Shown piece by piece: positions 1-14,129 of a DNA stretch of 64,000 nt. Each line of letters starts with the position of its first letter. The first letter of the stretch is position 1. The notes under the pieces were generated by a model. The model had not been told where the DNA came from, ran no database searches, and saw only the letters and a program-made list of their open reading frames with translations. Both the position numbers and the translations under genes were made by a program. Source of the DNA: Octopus sinensis (lineage: Eukaryota); the NCBI RefSeq assembly GCF_006345805.1, contig NC_042999.1:47058001-47122000 (forward strand). The letters are read 5' to 3'.

Positions 1-2640
1 CAGTGCTGTTTTCTGAAAATGCCCCACCCTTATTGCAGCCCCCATTTGTTCCACGTACTTCCCAAGATTTTTGCTCACTGTTCCCAGGCCTCCGACAATT
101 ATTGGTACTACTGCTACCTTTTTCATCGACCACAACTGCTTAACTTCCCAACCTAACCTGTCATATCTCTTGACTTTTCTTTCTTCCTTATCGCATACCT
201 TGTTGCCAGCTGGGCATGCTATATCTATGATCCGGCATAGTTTGTTTTATTTCTCAATTAAGACTATGTCTGTCTTCCTATTCTCCATCTCATGGTCGCA
301 CTGGATCATAAAATCCCATAGGATCTTTGCATCTCCATTTTCGACGATGCCTTCGGGTTTTTGGTCGTACCAATTTTTTGCGCTTTCAAGTCCATACTTG
401 TTGCAAAATATCCAATGGACAAGCCTAGCTATATTGTCGTAGCGTCTCTTATATTCCTTCTGGGCTAGTTTCATACATTGACTGGTAATATGCCATGCGG
501 TTTCATCCTTTTGCCCATAGATTCCGCACTATCACTTTCTGCTATGTTGTCTATTCTGAATTATATGTAGTTTCTTAGCCATCTTTTTTCTCTGTCTGTC
601 TTATCTTTAACATCCCTATGAAATTGACCATGCATTCTTTCCTTTACCCTGCTATTTTCTGTTTCATTCCTTTTCTATTTCTTGTATAGTGCTTTATCTT
701 TGCAATCTTTCATCCTACACAAGCCTGACCTTACTTCTAATAATAGCTGTTCTGTAGCAATCTTTACATAACATGCTATGTTGATTTCTTCTGCTCTAAT
801 GCTGTATTCGCATCCAATAAGTCCTCTTCCCGCTCTTTTTCTTGGTACATACAGTCTGTCGGTGTCACCTTTTGGGTAGAGTGTCCCATATCTAGTTAGC
901 AACTTCCTTGTCTTTCTGTTTAAGCTATTTTGTTTGTCTACAGTCCATGCGATTATCCCGGTTCCATATCTAAAGAGTGAAACCGCCCAGGTGTTGGTAG
1001 CTTCAATCTTATTCCGTCCTTTTAAAATTTCTTCGGCATTTCTTTCTCCATCAATTTATCAATTCCCCGAATTCCCAAGTACTTATAGCCTATCTCTTCT
1101 ATCTGCTTCATAACCTCCCCCGACGGTATCGTTAACCCGTCCATGCATTTGATGTTGCCCCTCTTCAAAACTAACACACCACACTTTCTCAGTCTGAACT
1201 CCATTCTGATATCATCACTGAAGGTATACACCGTATCAACGAGGGAACTGAATTGGGCTCCATCTTTACCATAAAGTTTGATGTCATCCATGAATAACAA
1301 ATGATTGACTTTTTTTGGCGGCTTTTTAAATACATTCCCAGCTTTGCTTTCCTCAGAATCAGTTTTAGTGGTATGAAGCACAGTACAAAGCTCAATGGGG
1401 ACAAGCAGTCCTCTTGGAAGATGCCCCTCCTAATTTCTATTGTCCCTAACCTTCTTCCGTATGCTGCCAGGCCCGTCCAACACTTCACCATACCTTTTCC
1501 AAGCAATCGCTCAAAATTCAATGCAATAGCATATAGGTTCCTACATTCCATAATCCAAGAATGTGTGCACATATCTTACACCTTACGATAGTCGATCCAT
1601 GCCATGGCTAAGTTACTTTTCCTCCTTTTGCAGCCTCTCAATACAGTTTTATCCATTAGGAGTTAATCCTTGTTACTTCTGCACTTACAATTGCAACCAT
1701 TCTGCTCATGTGGCAAGGTTCTATTTTTTTCAGATGTTCGTACATTGACTCTGCGAGTATTCTAGTCAATAACGTCCACCCAAATGGCAAACAGGATATC
1801 GGCCAGTAATTGTCTACAGTATTCCCTTTTTCGATGGTTTTCAAGCACAGAACTGTCCAACCCAATGTCAACCATTCTGGTGTTACTTGGTTGGTATTCA
1901 ACAAGGTGTTGAATTGTGCAGCTATTCGTACATAACATTCACAAAATCTCTTGATCCAGAAGCCGTGATGTCCGTCTGATCCCGGGGCCTTCCAGTTGCT
2001 CATTTTTTGCTGATTACCTTCACTTCCCTAACTGGAATGACTAGTTCTGTCTGTTTTGGACAGACTATTTTCTGTTTCAGTTCTTGCAACCACTCAGCAT
2101 CCTTCTTGTGCTCTTTGTCTTTGCACCAGATGTCACTCCAAAACTGTTGACTTTCACTGTTATCTGGTAGCAACTTTTTATCTGTATACTCTCCATTTAT
2201 TTCTTTATAGAATCTCATCTGATCTACTCTGAATAACCTATTCTGGTGGTAACCCTTCATTCTTTGGTCGTATCTAACCTTCTTTGCTTTCTTTGTAACA
2301 TGACTCTCTTTCAGTTCCTCCATTGCCACCTTCAGACTATTTCTTTCAATATTATAATTCCTTTTCAGCGCCCTTTATTTTTGTTCGCTTTTAAACTCCC
2401 CTTTCTCTTTTCAGTCTAACACAGCGATTTCCTTTTCGAGTGCACGTCTAACAGTGACTGTATTCTTCTTTTTCACCATGGCTTTTTCTTTTGTCACTCC
2501 CATTATATTTCTTTTTCTTGACAACAACGCCCACGTTTTCTGCTACAACAATACTTGTTGCCTTCATCAAATTATTTGTTGAATTGCTTCTTTTGAAGGC
2601 AGCGCTCTCAGTGGTCACTGGTAGTAGTAAACACATTTGA
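1..2640 (-). mobile_element. Decayed non-LTR retrotransposon of RLE type (R4/Dong-like), RT plus restriction-like endonuclease; runs off the window start
   Basis: Successive frameshifted minus-strand ORFs give QNRLF..FY..FW..IW (2000-2329), NWKAPGSDG (1656-2003), RGIFQEDCLSPLSF (1189-1572), HLLFMDDIKLY and YKYLG (1022-1381), KRRYDNIARLVHW and ILWDFMIQCDHEMENRKTDIV (247-474). Confidence 0.9.
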
Positions 2641-3122
2641 CCTCTGCTGACACAAAGTTTGCGAAGATTCTTTTATCTCTATAGCTGACCTCCCCACCAT
2701 CTGCCGAATGTATTTATAGATCTGTAGAATATGACCTATGCACCGAGCTGCTACTCAAATATTTCCTTCGACAAACACATATTTATGATTATCTCAAGTA
2801 TGAGATAAAGGTTGAAATAAAGAACATTTAGTAAAATCTGTTAATAATAAATGGAAATATTAATAATTATAATAACAATGGTACTTGTAATTATAATAAC
2901 AATGGTGATGGTGATAATGATAAAAATAAAAATAATGATAATATGATTCAGTTGCTAATAATACAAATACTACTATTATGATAGCACAGGAATCTGAAGC
3001 CCAGCTACCACCCTTACGACTACTCCCACCCCTGCTACTGTTCAACCCCATGTGCACCTCCATTCTGTCTAAATAGACAAAAGAAAATCGGAAGAGAATA
3101 GATAATAATGATATTAATAACA

Positions 3123-3215
3123 ATCCTTTTTACTAGAAGCACAAGGCCTGGGCCGGTATTTTATTTTATTGACTCTGAGAGGTTAAAAGGCAAAGTCGAC
3201 ATCGGCAGGATTTGG
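3123..3215 (-). mobile_element. Fragment of tRNA-derived SINE family S1 (working name)
   Basis: Degenerate match to the tattctattctact..cacaagg end and aaaggcaaagtcgacctcggcggaatttg core of the fuller copies at 10384-10960. Confidence 0.55.
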
Positions 3216-3223
3216 TTTTAGAA

Positions 3224-3390
3224 TTTTGGTCGTACCAATTTTTTGCGCTTTCAAGTCCATACTTTTTGCAAAGTGTCCAATGGAGAAGCCTGGCTTTATT
3301 ATCGTGACGTCTCTTATATTCCTTCTGGGCTAGTGGCATATATTGGCTGGTAATATGCCATACGGTTTCACCAATTTGTACAAAGATTCC
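3224..3390 (-). mobile_element. Second short copy of the R4/Dong-like LINE C-terminal segment
   Basis: Aligns by eye to about 357-530 at roughly 85% identity; encodes KEYKRRHDNKARLLHW. Confidence 0.8.
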
Positions 3391-3711
3391 ATTTGAAGAA
3401 ATGAGGGGAAACACTTAGACGCGTTAATGAATCCACCGGATCGTATGTATTTCACATTTGCACGAAGCCAGAAGCTTAGACGAAAACTTTTAGTGCATGA
3501 TTTCGACTCAGTTGCTGAAGTAGTACGTTAATCTAGTCACCCCGCATAAGGAAAAGTAAAACTTGATCTGGGAGAATTTAAAATCTGAAACTCGGATATT
3601 ACCGATATAAACACAAAATTATTATTCCTATTTCTAATACCAGTAGTGTTAATATATGTAGCAGAATATGTAGTAGCAGAAGGAGTAGAAATGGTGTTGT
3701 CATCAACTTAC

Positions 3712-4247
3712 CTATGAGTGGCACGAACTCCGAGGTGGCCGGCATATTCTCTGCTATTAGCAACATAAACACAGAAAATGCCAGTAAGACCGTTATTCCA
3801 AGTGTGATTTTTTCTCCCGAATCTGGTGGCAACCAAAATCCCAGTAGGCTAAGTATGGTTAGCCATAAGCAAGGGAATATTATATTAAACAAGTAGTACA
3901 GTGTACGTCGACGTATTACAATGGTAAAGGTTACGTCTGGGTAATGTTCTTTGCAGCAAGTGTATCGAACTTCATTTCGAATTACCTTTATATTCAATAA
4001 ATCCCATTCACCGCTGTATACATAGTTTGTAAGATCGACGTCTGCTGAACGGTTCGTTACGTCAACTTGGAAACCGTCATATATCCACGAACCAAATTTC
4101 ATTTTACACATTTGATCATCGAAAGGGAAATATGTGATATCAATTTTACATGAACTTCTTAATTTCGCCGGTGGAGGCCAAAACACTGTTCCATCGCTTG
4201 AGACCATTGCTTTGCTCTGCATGTATCCAGTTGTAAAGTCATCGGCA
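3712..4247 (-). CDS. Nicotinic acetylcholine receptor alpha subunit (alpha9/alpha10-like), 536-nt exon covering Cys-loop, loops B and C, M1, M2 and start of M3
   Basis: Acceptor ttttattttccag|T GCC GAT GAC at 4247; donor ATA G|gtaagt at 3712/3711. Peptide has CKIDITYFPFDDQMC (Cys-loop), FGSWIYDG, YTCCKEHY (vicinal Cys) and PPDSGEKITLGITVLLAFSVFMLLIAENMP (M2). Confidence 0.97.
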
Positions 4248-4533
4248 CTGGAAAATAAAACAGAAAGAGGAAAATATTGTTATCAATGTAATAACCATGT
4301 ACAACAGGATCACCATGATTGTTATCAATCTTATTCATTCCAATAAAATTTGCTCCAGTATGGGTATATATTTATGCAATTTTGCCCATTCCCTTCTTAA
4401 AAGCGTGTGCATTAGCTTCACCAAGACAGAAATACAAAAGGAAACTGAGAGGAATTCTACCTTTGTGATCTTCCATTTAATAAGGTATGTTACCTCACGA
4501 ATGATGTTTCAAATTTTAATTTATTAATACACG

Positions 4534-4536
<3 letters not shown>

Positions 4537-4589
<53 letters not shown>

Positions 4590-4600
4590 CACACACATGC
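4537..4600. repeat. (CA)n microsatellite
   Basis: Direct reading. Confidence 0.95.
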
Positions 4601-5429
4601 ACACATACATACACAGGCACAGACACATACGCACAAACATATATAATACGCTGAAAACATAAATACCATCTTATAAATAGTGTATATTTGTAAATGTGTA
4701 TAGACTACAAAAATACAGTAGAAATATTAAATTTAATCAATGAACCATAATAATAAAATTCTATGTTTATGATTATACACTGTACAAATACAATAGGTTG
4801 AATGAAGTTTATTTCCAGTGTTTCTAAGTTTGTTACTAAACTTTGTATGCTTGCCAAACAGATGTTCAGGGAATAGATGCGCACCTGGGTTGCGGTTGTT
4901 TGCCAACGTCCTCACGTAATGTACTAGAGCTGTTACAGTAAAAAAAAAACCGCTTCCTTTGTTTTTTGCTTTTGATTATTTTATTCTCTGTTGATCATTT
5001 ATAATTCAACTTTACTTTAAAAGTTTTTCTATCGTGATAATGTTTTCTCTCATGATAAATATTTTATTAGAACAAAAATAGTTTTCAAAACATTTTGATA
5101 AAATACACGTAAGTACGTTTAATATTCTCAAAATTATTTATTTCTAACTATTCTTTCCTTACAGTCGTCGTTGCAGTATGATTTTTCGTAACCATATAGA
5201 TCATGCTGTGAATGATAGCGTGAATTGATATAAATACAGCGCTATCAGTATTGAATAATCTCAGGTCAAGTGTGATTGAGTAGACCTATGACCAAAGCCT
5301 TCCCAGATAAGAACATACTATATTATTTTATATCTACATTATCAAACACGGCCTTTCTGCCATTCTTTGTCTCACACGGCCTCAGGTTTAACACCGTGGC
5401 CTAAATATAGTGCTTGAAGGAGCGGGTGC

Positions 5430-5905
5430 TCCCCTGAGTCAAGAGGATGTCTGTAGGAAGACTCCATGTCTGACAACAGGACTCTGCACCTTCCATACAA
5501 GCAGGAGAACCCAGTCATGTCCTTCAGACAATTTCTGCAACAGCACCACTCCTAATACCTGGCGTGCTAATTACCCAGACCGCAACTACCTTGATTATTA
5601 TGTGTGGGGTACAGTTAAGCGAGAGAACAGCAAAACTCCTCGTAACATTAAAGATGAACTGAAGGCAAGGATTATGACAGTATTCGCCAACTTAAACAAG
5701 GAGACTGTTCATAAGACTTGCAGGAAATTTTGAAATCGTCTGGAGGCCGTGTTTGAAGCCAATGGTGGTTTTATTGAATAAATTTACTCCTTAGTATTTC
5801 AAGATATTTTTATGTAATTTTGGTAAATATATCTGTTAAAATGAGATGTCAGTGTTATTTTCACTTTTGCGTAATTTAGACGACAATTTATTCCTCGCAA
5901 ACATT
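5430..5905 (+). mobile_element. 3' part of a Tc1/mariner DD37D (maT-like) transposon, pseudogenised
   Basis: QQDSAP..H (one-base frameshift) to W..N.PD.N.LDYYVWG, 37 residues between the aspartates after correcting the frameshift, then RLEAVFEANGGFIE-stop and a terminal-like sequence to about 5905. Confidence 0.8.
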
Positions 5906-7521
5906 TCACATAATTCTGTATGGTAAGTTTTGTTGTATTAATTTGTCAATCTCTTCATCAGGATCAACAGAGCTATCTTTAATATGCTTAATACGTTCAA
6001 ATTAACTGGAACGAATCAGAAATTGAAGTATTATTGCTTTCATAAATTTATCTTGTAGCATCATGTTTTTTTAATTTTTGTACCATTATCTTTTTTTAAC
6101 TTTTTAAATCAAACCAAATGACAAGGAGGGGGCATTTTCTCACTTAATGGAGAAAGAAGTTTTAGCATTACTTTAATAATGATATAATGGATATTCATTA
6201 TTTAAAAGATGTAAAATTTATTCCTCTACTAAGAAATTCTGAATTTTAAACGTCCCAAAACCGTATGATGTTTGGAATCGGGGAATAAATGAAGTTTTAT
6301 TATTGACCCTGGCTCATGTATTTGTATTTTAGAAAGAGTTTAAAATGTTTTTTTTTTAAATCGGATATCGAATACCGTGTGAAACATGTAAGTACAAGTT
6401 GCCTATTGGAGAATATGTATGTGGATCCATTGAATTTAGATATAAATTTGTCTAGCTTTAAAGGAAAAATTGACACTATAATATATTTTCCAATTTTGCG
6501 TGTTATTTTAGGTGGTTGATGAGTATATGTAGACCTGCCGGCGCTATCTTCAATAACGTACATTGCCTGCATACATCAACATATATCAATATATTTTGTT
6601 AGCGCAAATGTTAACTGCAAGCGAACGCGTAAAAAAGAGAAGTTGCAACCTTCCAAGAAAATAAGCGAACGATCACGTGTATTGATATATCATCGACATA
6701 TGTAATATATTTCGCAAAGTCTATGTAAAATGATATAAATTGTAATGTCTATAGTATTGACTTCATCAAATCAAATAATATTATTGACTGAAAAATCTCC
6801 GATGATAATTTGTGTCAATTACGTAGATATTGATTGATTTAATGTGCAAAGCCGATGAGAAATCAAATAACCACAAGCTCATGATCGTGCGCTCAATCTG
6901 AAATAATGGACACATTTGGAAAATAAAATATAACAATAAATTAGTAAAAAATTATTGATAATGATTGGTAATCAATGCACAGTATGCCATCACTTGAAGC
7001 AATTTCTATAGTAAATTTCTCGCAACAAATATTTTATAGTAAACCAATAAGGTTTTCCTCTCTTCTTTTTCCCATTCTCTTTATCTCTATGCATTTATCA
7101 GCTACGTTTCCATTCAGTGAACGTCATTCATTTATGTAGATGGCGATAAGGAGGATTAGTAGTGAGGTGTGTGTAGTGGGTGAGGGAGGAAACATGCTCG
7201 AAAAATCACTCTTAACTCCACCCGGAATTAAATTTCTGAATTCGACACTTACGCACCACTTAACTAATGAAAACCGAACAATTTAGAGGATTAAAATTCA
7301 AATGTCAAGCTGACGTTGAAGTTAGGAAGTTATAGTTCAAACGTAACCTGTACTTTTTTAGTATATGCAATCGTCTCATAACAATACTTGGTAATTGTAG
7401 TAATATTAATAATTTCAACCACACTGAGTAGGGATTTGCGTAGGTTTTCTCCACTACAGTTCTGGTCTGGAAAAACAATTTTGATTAAATGTGGTGGCGT
7501 GAACAAGTACGGAAGCCCGTT

Positions 7522-7550
7522 GTATGTATGTATGTATGTATGTATGTATG

Positions 7551-7584
<34 letters not shown>

Positions 7585-7586
7585 TG
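7522..7586. repeat. (TATG)n microsatellite
   Basis: Direct reading. Confidence 0.95.
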
Positions 7587-7902
7587 TCGTTATTCAGTTT
7601 ATTGGCAAGATTTCTTGCCAATAGAGAAAGAAACGGTTTCTAATCTAGACCCAAATCTCCTTCATTGAAATTTCAACATCAACAACAGTGTATGTATATA
7701 TGCATGTATGTATGTATGTATGTGCAGATCTGTATGTTTTATGTGTGTGTGAGTGTGAGTGGGTGTGTATAAGCACATGTACGTATATGTGTAAATGTGT
7801 GGACATGTTCATTTATGCACGCGTATGTACAAATGTATTTGTATTTGGTATATACACGAATGTGCTGTTTGACACTTTGCGCATATATACATGCATACAT
7901 AT

Positions 7903-7992
<90 letters not shown>

Positions 7993-7993
<1 letters not shown>

Positions 7994-8185
7994 AAGTTAA
8001 TCCAAATATGAAAACACAACAACGCGAGGACGTGGAACAAATATAGTATTATTGGACGCTCAGGAAGGAAGGGAAGAAGGAGGGTCTTACGTTTCGAGCG
8101 GAGCTCTTTGTCAGAAACATAGGAAAAGGAAAGATCCAGAGAAGGGAAGACGGAGGAAAAAAGATCGCCAACGGTACACACGCGG
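7993..8185 (-). mobile_element. About 190-bp (TA)n-flanked element, hammerhead family A copy 1 (probable PLE pseudo-LTR or retrozyme-like)
   Basis: Homologous to 21727-21865 and 26800-26940; (TA)n on both sides; contains the motif at 8084-8118. Confidence 0.7.
8084..8118 (-). ncRNA. Minimal type I hammerhead motif, family A, core mutated (G8A)
   Basis: GUUU CUGACAA A GAGC-UCC-GCUC GAAAC GUA AGAC. Confidence 0.6.
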
Positions 8186-10383
8186 TCACATTTATATATA
8201 TATATACCTTTGTATGTGCCTCTGTATGCACACAACTGTAAGTATAAAATATAATTCCCTGCTCAAAAGACATATAAATGAGCCATTGTTATAATGTTAC
8301 AACCGTCATTGCTACTAAGAATTGCATATTATTGGTACTTATATTCAATGACGGAAAAAATTTACATCGGTGCATTTCGTCATCTCTGGTTCTGTTTCAA
8401 TGTTTATCCTGTTTTGAATAATTACGCAATAGCTAATGATGAAATACTGCTTTAATTTGTTGTTTATCATTTGAAACAAGTATTTTCAGCTACAGGCATG
8501 TATTCTTCGCAAAATGTTATTTAATTAGCTTATATTCCGAATTTAGATATCAGGTAAAAAATGATATTCGTAAAGGACTCAGCATACTTCATTCTTCATA
8601 GCAGGAAACCTATGCTGAGAACTAGTTCTAATAATCTCAGGGCAAATGATTTATTTCACACGTAGATCTGGAATAACTATACACTAGTTATACATAACTG
8701 ATAAACGACTTTATAAATGACTAACAGCTAAGCCCGGTTTCACCCGGTCGGTTTGGATGATGTGGCTGTATAACCTGTTCTGTGTAATCATTCGACTTGT
8801 TTGGGCACGCATACGTTAAAAAAGAATTAATTTTTTTCTGTCAAAACGCAAAAAAATAACTGACCAACAGAAAAAACAACAACCAAGATTCAACCAAATC
8901 AAAAGATGAACCCAAATACTAAGCGAAGAAACACAGACATGCACATGCACATACTCACACATTCACATATATTCACACAGAGTTGAAAAGCTGTTTGACT
9001 TATTTTTCAGCGTACAATTTTCATCATCCCACTATCAAGTATGACATCACCCTTTCCTTCCTTATTCATCTATCACAAGACTTCCTTTCTCATTCATAAA
9101 CAAAAGAATATTATTATAGTAGATTATCTCGGTAACCATAGGAGCTATGAAAAATACACAAAGCCCAGCATCACCAGCGGATCATTCTACACATCTGGGT
9201 AATTTTTCGCGCAATTACACCCAGCTGTTTGACCGTGAATCCCAGGACAAAAGAAACGCCCATATCAGATTTATATGTATAGATTGCTGGCATGCCCTTG
9301 GGTATAAAACATTCACATTAGTATTGCTTCTTTCAGCAGGTGATGATCATTTTCCTAACCAAACTGCAGTGTACAATCTAACATTTAGAAGTCATTCTAG
9401 ACATCAGAAGATAAAAAGATGCTTTAGACAGAATGAGATAATAATGATATTTCGTTGTCTGAAAATATTCTTTGCTCTACAATAAATAGAATTTTAGATA
9501 TGCTTTGACCTCCATATTTTTTAAATTTTTACACGCACTGAAGATTCTGGACCTACTGAAATTCTGCTTTAAATGTGGTTTTGGTTCTCCAAAAAGACAT
9601 TAACACAATTTTATTATGGCCCTTATTTAGCTATTTTCTCTGTATTTTCTGTTTATCGATTATATAAATTATCTTTTGATAGAAAGTGGGGCAGATGGGC
9701 GCATAGTTTTGCATCGATGCTTTCACACATACATGCATACACACACATACCCAAATACAAGCGCTTCAATTTTTTCTGTATACCACATTCTATTCCCAAG
9801 CCATTATTAAAACCTGATAGTAAAATATATGAAACTTGCAGAAAATACGGCAATGCGAGAGAGAACACGAAACCATAAGCCGGTGAGATGAACTTGCTAA
9901 AAACACGGCAGTGCCTGCGTCTAAGTATAGCGGTGTTTCCCAATTATATTTAATTAAGCATGATCTTTTATATAATTAGGGTCATATTTGTATAATTGAT
10001 ATTCATCAATTAATATAATTAATGAATAATTATTATATAACTCTCATTATTTTAATTTGAATGATAATAATGACTCTTCTAATTGGGATCCAAAGCAATT
10101 GGGGAGAATTAAAAGTAAATGACTGCCGGGTCTCTAAATGAGTTAGCCTTGTGTTTATGAAGTTAATGAAACAAACTGTATTATATATAACAAAAGTTTT
10201 AATAATGGAATACTTTCATATATATAATCTATTGCAGGTGAACAGACATATTATGCCAGGCAGGGACAATTATTTTAATTTGCAACGTGTAATGGAACAC
10301 ACATTCCTACGTACAGTAATGGTGGCAATGAATGTTTTCATACATATATAATAAAAGCATAAGTCTATATAATAAAGAATAAA

Positions 10384-10960
10384 TATTCTATTCTACTCCA
10401 GGCACAAGGCTAGATCGACCCCAGTACGCAACTAGTACCTAATTTATCGACCCCGAAATGATGAAAGGCAATTTGACCTCGAGGGAATTTGAACTCAGAA
10501 CGTTACGGCGGACGAAATACCGCAAGCATTTCGCCCGGCGTGCTAACGTTTCTTATTTCTTTATTGCCTACAAGGGACTAAACATAGAGGGGAAAAACAA
10601 GGAGAGACAAAGGAATTTGCCGATTACATCTACCCCAGTGCGTAACTGGTACTTAATTTATCGATCCCGAAAGGATGAAAGGCAAAGTCGACCACGTCGG
10701 AATTTGAACTCAGAACGTAACGGCAGACGAAATACCTATTATTTTACTACCCACACACAGAGGGGGACAAACAAGGACAGACAAACGGATTAAGTCGATT
10801 ACATCGACCCCAGATCGCAACAGGTACCTAATTTATCGACCCCGAAAGGATGAAAGGCAAAATCGACCTCGGCGGAATTTGAACTCAGAACGTAACGGCA
10901 GGCGAAATACGGCTACGCATTTCGCCCGGCGTGATGATGTTTCTGCCAGCTCGCCGCCTT
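10384..10960 (-). mobile_element. Head-to-tail trimer of SINE family S1
   Basis: Three repeats of atttatcgaccccgaaaggatgaaaggcaaagtcgacctcggcggaatttgaactcagaacg; on the minus strand the head reads ggcggcgagctggcagaaac (A-box-like) and gagttcaaattcc (B-box-like). Confidence 0.85.
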
Positions 10961-11974
10961 GAGGAATGAATATTAAAACGTGACACACCTTCATTCGCAT
11001 TTGAAGTGGAAAAGAAATTCCACGAGTTGATCAATGTATTAATCTACTCATTATTATTTTCGTTTTATGCGCACAGACACATACACACACGCTCGCATAC
11101 ATGCATACACATACATATAGATATATATTTGCACTCTCCCTAGCCCAGCTCTATGAAACTGATTCTCCTCAATTTAAGACCTACATCAAACACACAACAA
11201 CATGTGTGTTGAGACAGCTTCTTTTGTAATTTATCATTTCTTTTCAGGATCATGTAATTTTGTATTCAGAATGCCTAGCAGGCGCAGTTTGCCGATTTCC
11301 CCGCCAAACATAATTTTTTTCGACTTTAGTACTAAAGAAATACTTAGAATGATTTACTCATTAGTAATTATATCTCGCCTGTTCTATTCCAAAATAATTG
11401 TGCTTATGTAGCCAGCAACGTGTGTACTATTGCCTACATATTCTGTGTATAACTGACACACAAAATTGCTTGCAGACCTATTTCACTTCGGTTAAAAAGT
11501 ATTAACGCATAAACCCATTCATGAAATCTGGGCAAATTACATGTTGAGAACACCATCAACGAAACTGAAGATTTGTGCATCAATTTCCGTTTGGAAGACC
11601 ACCTGACAAATTCTTCAAGACTGCTGGTTCACCGATGTTGTATGAAATAATCACCCGGTAAAAGCGACATCAAAACTTTGACTAAAAATGCAGCAGACCA
11701 GAAATACTATCCGACCATTTCCCGCCTAGAGACAAAAAGGCACCACAATAAATGAGTAGTATGACGTACATGTGAAGAACATACTTCGGAAGTGCAGCGC
11801 CACAACAGTGTTGATGAACCCTGTGATATATTTAAAAAAGAATGACAAAATATGCGGTGTTTACGATCATTCGCAATGCTGATCAAAGAAGAAATTGTAG
11901 ATACGGGAGGAAAGATGGAAATTAATTGATCAAACTAGAGCTACGAATAATGGATGATATCAAGTTGAAAGATA

Positions 11975-12080
11975 AAGAGAGAGAGATCAAGCTGAGAGAG
12001 AGAGAGAAGGAGAGAGAGAAGGAGGAGAGAGAGAGAGAAGGAGAGAGAGAAGGAGAGAGAGAGAAGGAGAGAGAGAGGTA
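11975..12080. repeat. (GA)n-rich microsatellite
   Basis: Direct reading. Confidence 0.9.
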
Positions 12081-12509
12081 CAGAGACTTTTGTAGAATAG
12101 CAAATATTAGATCGCCTGTGGATAAGAAAACGTATGAATTAGTTGCTGGAAACTAAATTGCGCTTTCATACGAGGATATGTAAATAGGAAATTTTCACCA
12201 ACACAAAAATTGTTCGAAAGTTGGCAAGAAAATGTTAACCACTTAGTTTAAGAATTGGTCTTTGAGTTAACATATGCCACACAGTTGCAACTACACGAGG
12301 AATAATTCATGACATCAGAGAGGAAGACATGCAATGTGTGTTGAAAAAAACCCCAAAAAAGAACACATTCGCACACGACCGAACCCGAATCTCAGCTTAA
12401 GAAGAATTCGCGTTGATCACAATTCGATTGCAGAAATATTCACAATGGTCACAATGAGATTGCAGCGTTTTAACCTTCAAATGAATCTACCGGGTTGCCT
12501 GGGGGAGCG

Positions 12510-12660
12510 GACAACCATTTCCCTTTGTTCGAAAGGAGTGGAGCAACTTGAAATGAAGTGATTTGCTCAAGAGTAAATTGCATCGTCTGGTCCGGTAATT
12601 GAACCCACGATCTACAGATTGCGAGTGCAACAATCTAATCGCTCATCCACGAATATGCTT
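12510..12660 (-). mobile_element. Degenerate tRNA-derived SINE (fourth family)
   Basis: Minus strand has B-box-like gggttcaattacc followed by cttgagcaaatcacttcatttcaagttgctcca. Confidence 0.45.
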
Positions 12661-13042
12661 CCTAAATAGACATCAGCAAAAGTTGCTGTCGATGGCAGCA
12701 TGTCCTGTTAAATTGGTGATCTTGAATTCCCCTGACACCGGTAAAAACGATATGGGTTCTAGATTGCAAAAATCGGTGTCAAGTTACGTTGCTCTCCGTA
12801 TAAAGGAAAGTTGTGTTTGCTTGTTATCCACGACTGAACAGAGAATTGATGCACCGTTGCGAATAGAACATGTAGGATTTCATTGCAGTTGGTGTTGCAC
12901 TGGGAAGTGCACGGAGTCTCAGTAGGCTGTGCGTTTGACAGAATGCATCTGCAATGTTAATAGAAAATTGCCCCAGCATATTACGCTACATAACAACAAC
13001 ATATAATATTATATAAATATATTAATATTTCTATCAATTAAA

Positions 13043-13450
13043 TCGGTAAACTGGCAGAATCCCTAGTAAGCCGGGAAAAATGCTTAGCGTCATTTATGCT
13101 TTGAGTTTAAATTCTACTGAGGTCGACTTAGCCTTACACTCTTTCGGAATCGATCAAATAAGTACCAGCTGAACACTGGATGGATGTAATCGACTTCGCC
13201 CTCCCGCAAAATAGCTGCTTTATGTCAATCTAGGCGTGAGGTGGCAGAATCGTAAACATGCCGGGCAAAATGTTCAGCAGGATTTCGTCCGTCTTTACGT
13301 TCTGAGTTGAAATTCTGCCCAGGTCGACTTCGCTGCTTATTCCTTCGATGTCTATAAAATAAGAAATATTTGAGGAGTGCGTTTGATATTATCAAATTAT
13401 CCCCTCCCTCGAAATTGCCGGCGTCGGGCCAAAATTTAAAACCAATATTT
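13043..13450 (+). mobile_element. Two adjacent old S1 SINE copies
   Basis: ctggcagaat...gagtttaaattct..gaggtcgact at 13050-13230 and ggtggcagaat...gagttgaaattct..caggtcgact at 13233-13450. Confidence 0.75.
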
Positions 13451-14129
13451 ATATCAATAGCTGACGTACTCTCAATGTCTCCATGTGATTTTCTGTTTCT
13501 ACCGATTTCCTTTTTCCAAATTCTCCAGCTAGATTTTCAAGATCTGTTTTCCATTTGGCTAATTTAGTTGGTTGAGTACTTCACTTTACAAATATGAGAT
13601 TTCATGTTCAATCCCATGCCACACTACCAGAGATAAGTGCATTTTCTTTTCCATATTATCAGATAAACATTTTTTTTTTCACAGAAACTTGGTAGCAGAA
13701 AACTACGTAGTAGCCTTTGTTATTTTTTAAATTGTCACCTGTTGTAACATGTCCATTAATACCATGAGCTATTTTAGCGGAGCATACCACTCTTACACAT
13801 ATCCAGTCCACATCTATAGGGTGAAGACAATCCCCTTCCCTTGTTTCTACTAGCCCCTGAAACTATTTTAATGTGTCGTGCATACTATGCGTCGACAGAT
13901 TATTAGGCCATCACAAAGAGAGAAAAAAACAAAAAATTTTATGACTGACTGATTATCCACATCCTCTCCATCTAATATTGCTATTTTAAAAAAATTATAA
14001 TTATTAATTTCTTTTGCTTGTTTTTATGTTTTACGATTGGCGTGTAGGGAATATTGTGTTTCTTTGCATTAAACAATCATTCCATTAAAAGTCGCTCTTC
14101 TGAGTTTTATGTCTGATGATAGTTATTCT

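Noticed and set aside
3599-3711. C-terminal part of the 207-aa ORF (KLMTTPFLLLLL...)
   Set aside because: Read-through into the intron after the G|gtaagt donor; not nAChR-like.
3712-4247. Cephalopod chemotactile receptor or anion-selective nAChR
   Set aside because: Vicinal cysteines and aromatic box are intact, and the M1-M2 linker is DSGEK with no proline insertion.
8720-9000. Possible Helitron-like terminus (gcccggtttcacccgg)
   Set aside because: Only a short hairpin-like motif, no matching other end and no second copy in the window.
10384-10960. Repeat-spacer pattern resembling a CRISPR array
   Set aside because: Repeats are long tRNA-derived SINE cores also found dispersed; eukaryotic context with no cas genes.
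13735-13790. Candidate alternative loop A exon ending TAC AAC AG|gt
   Set aside because: The upstream frame has a stop and no PDIVL motif.
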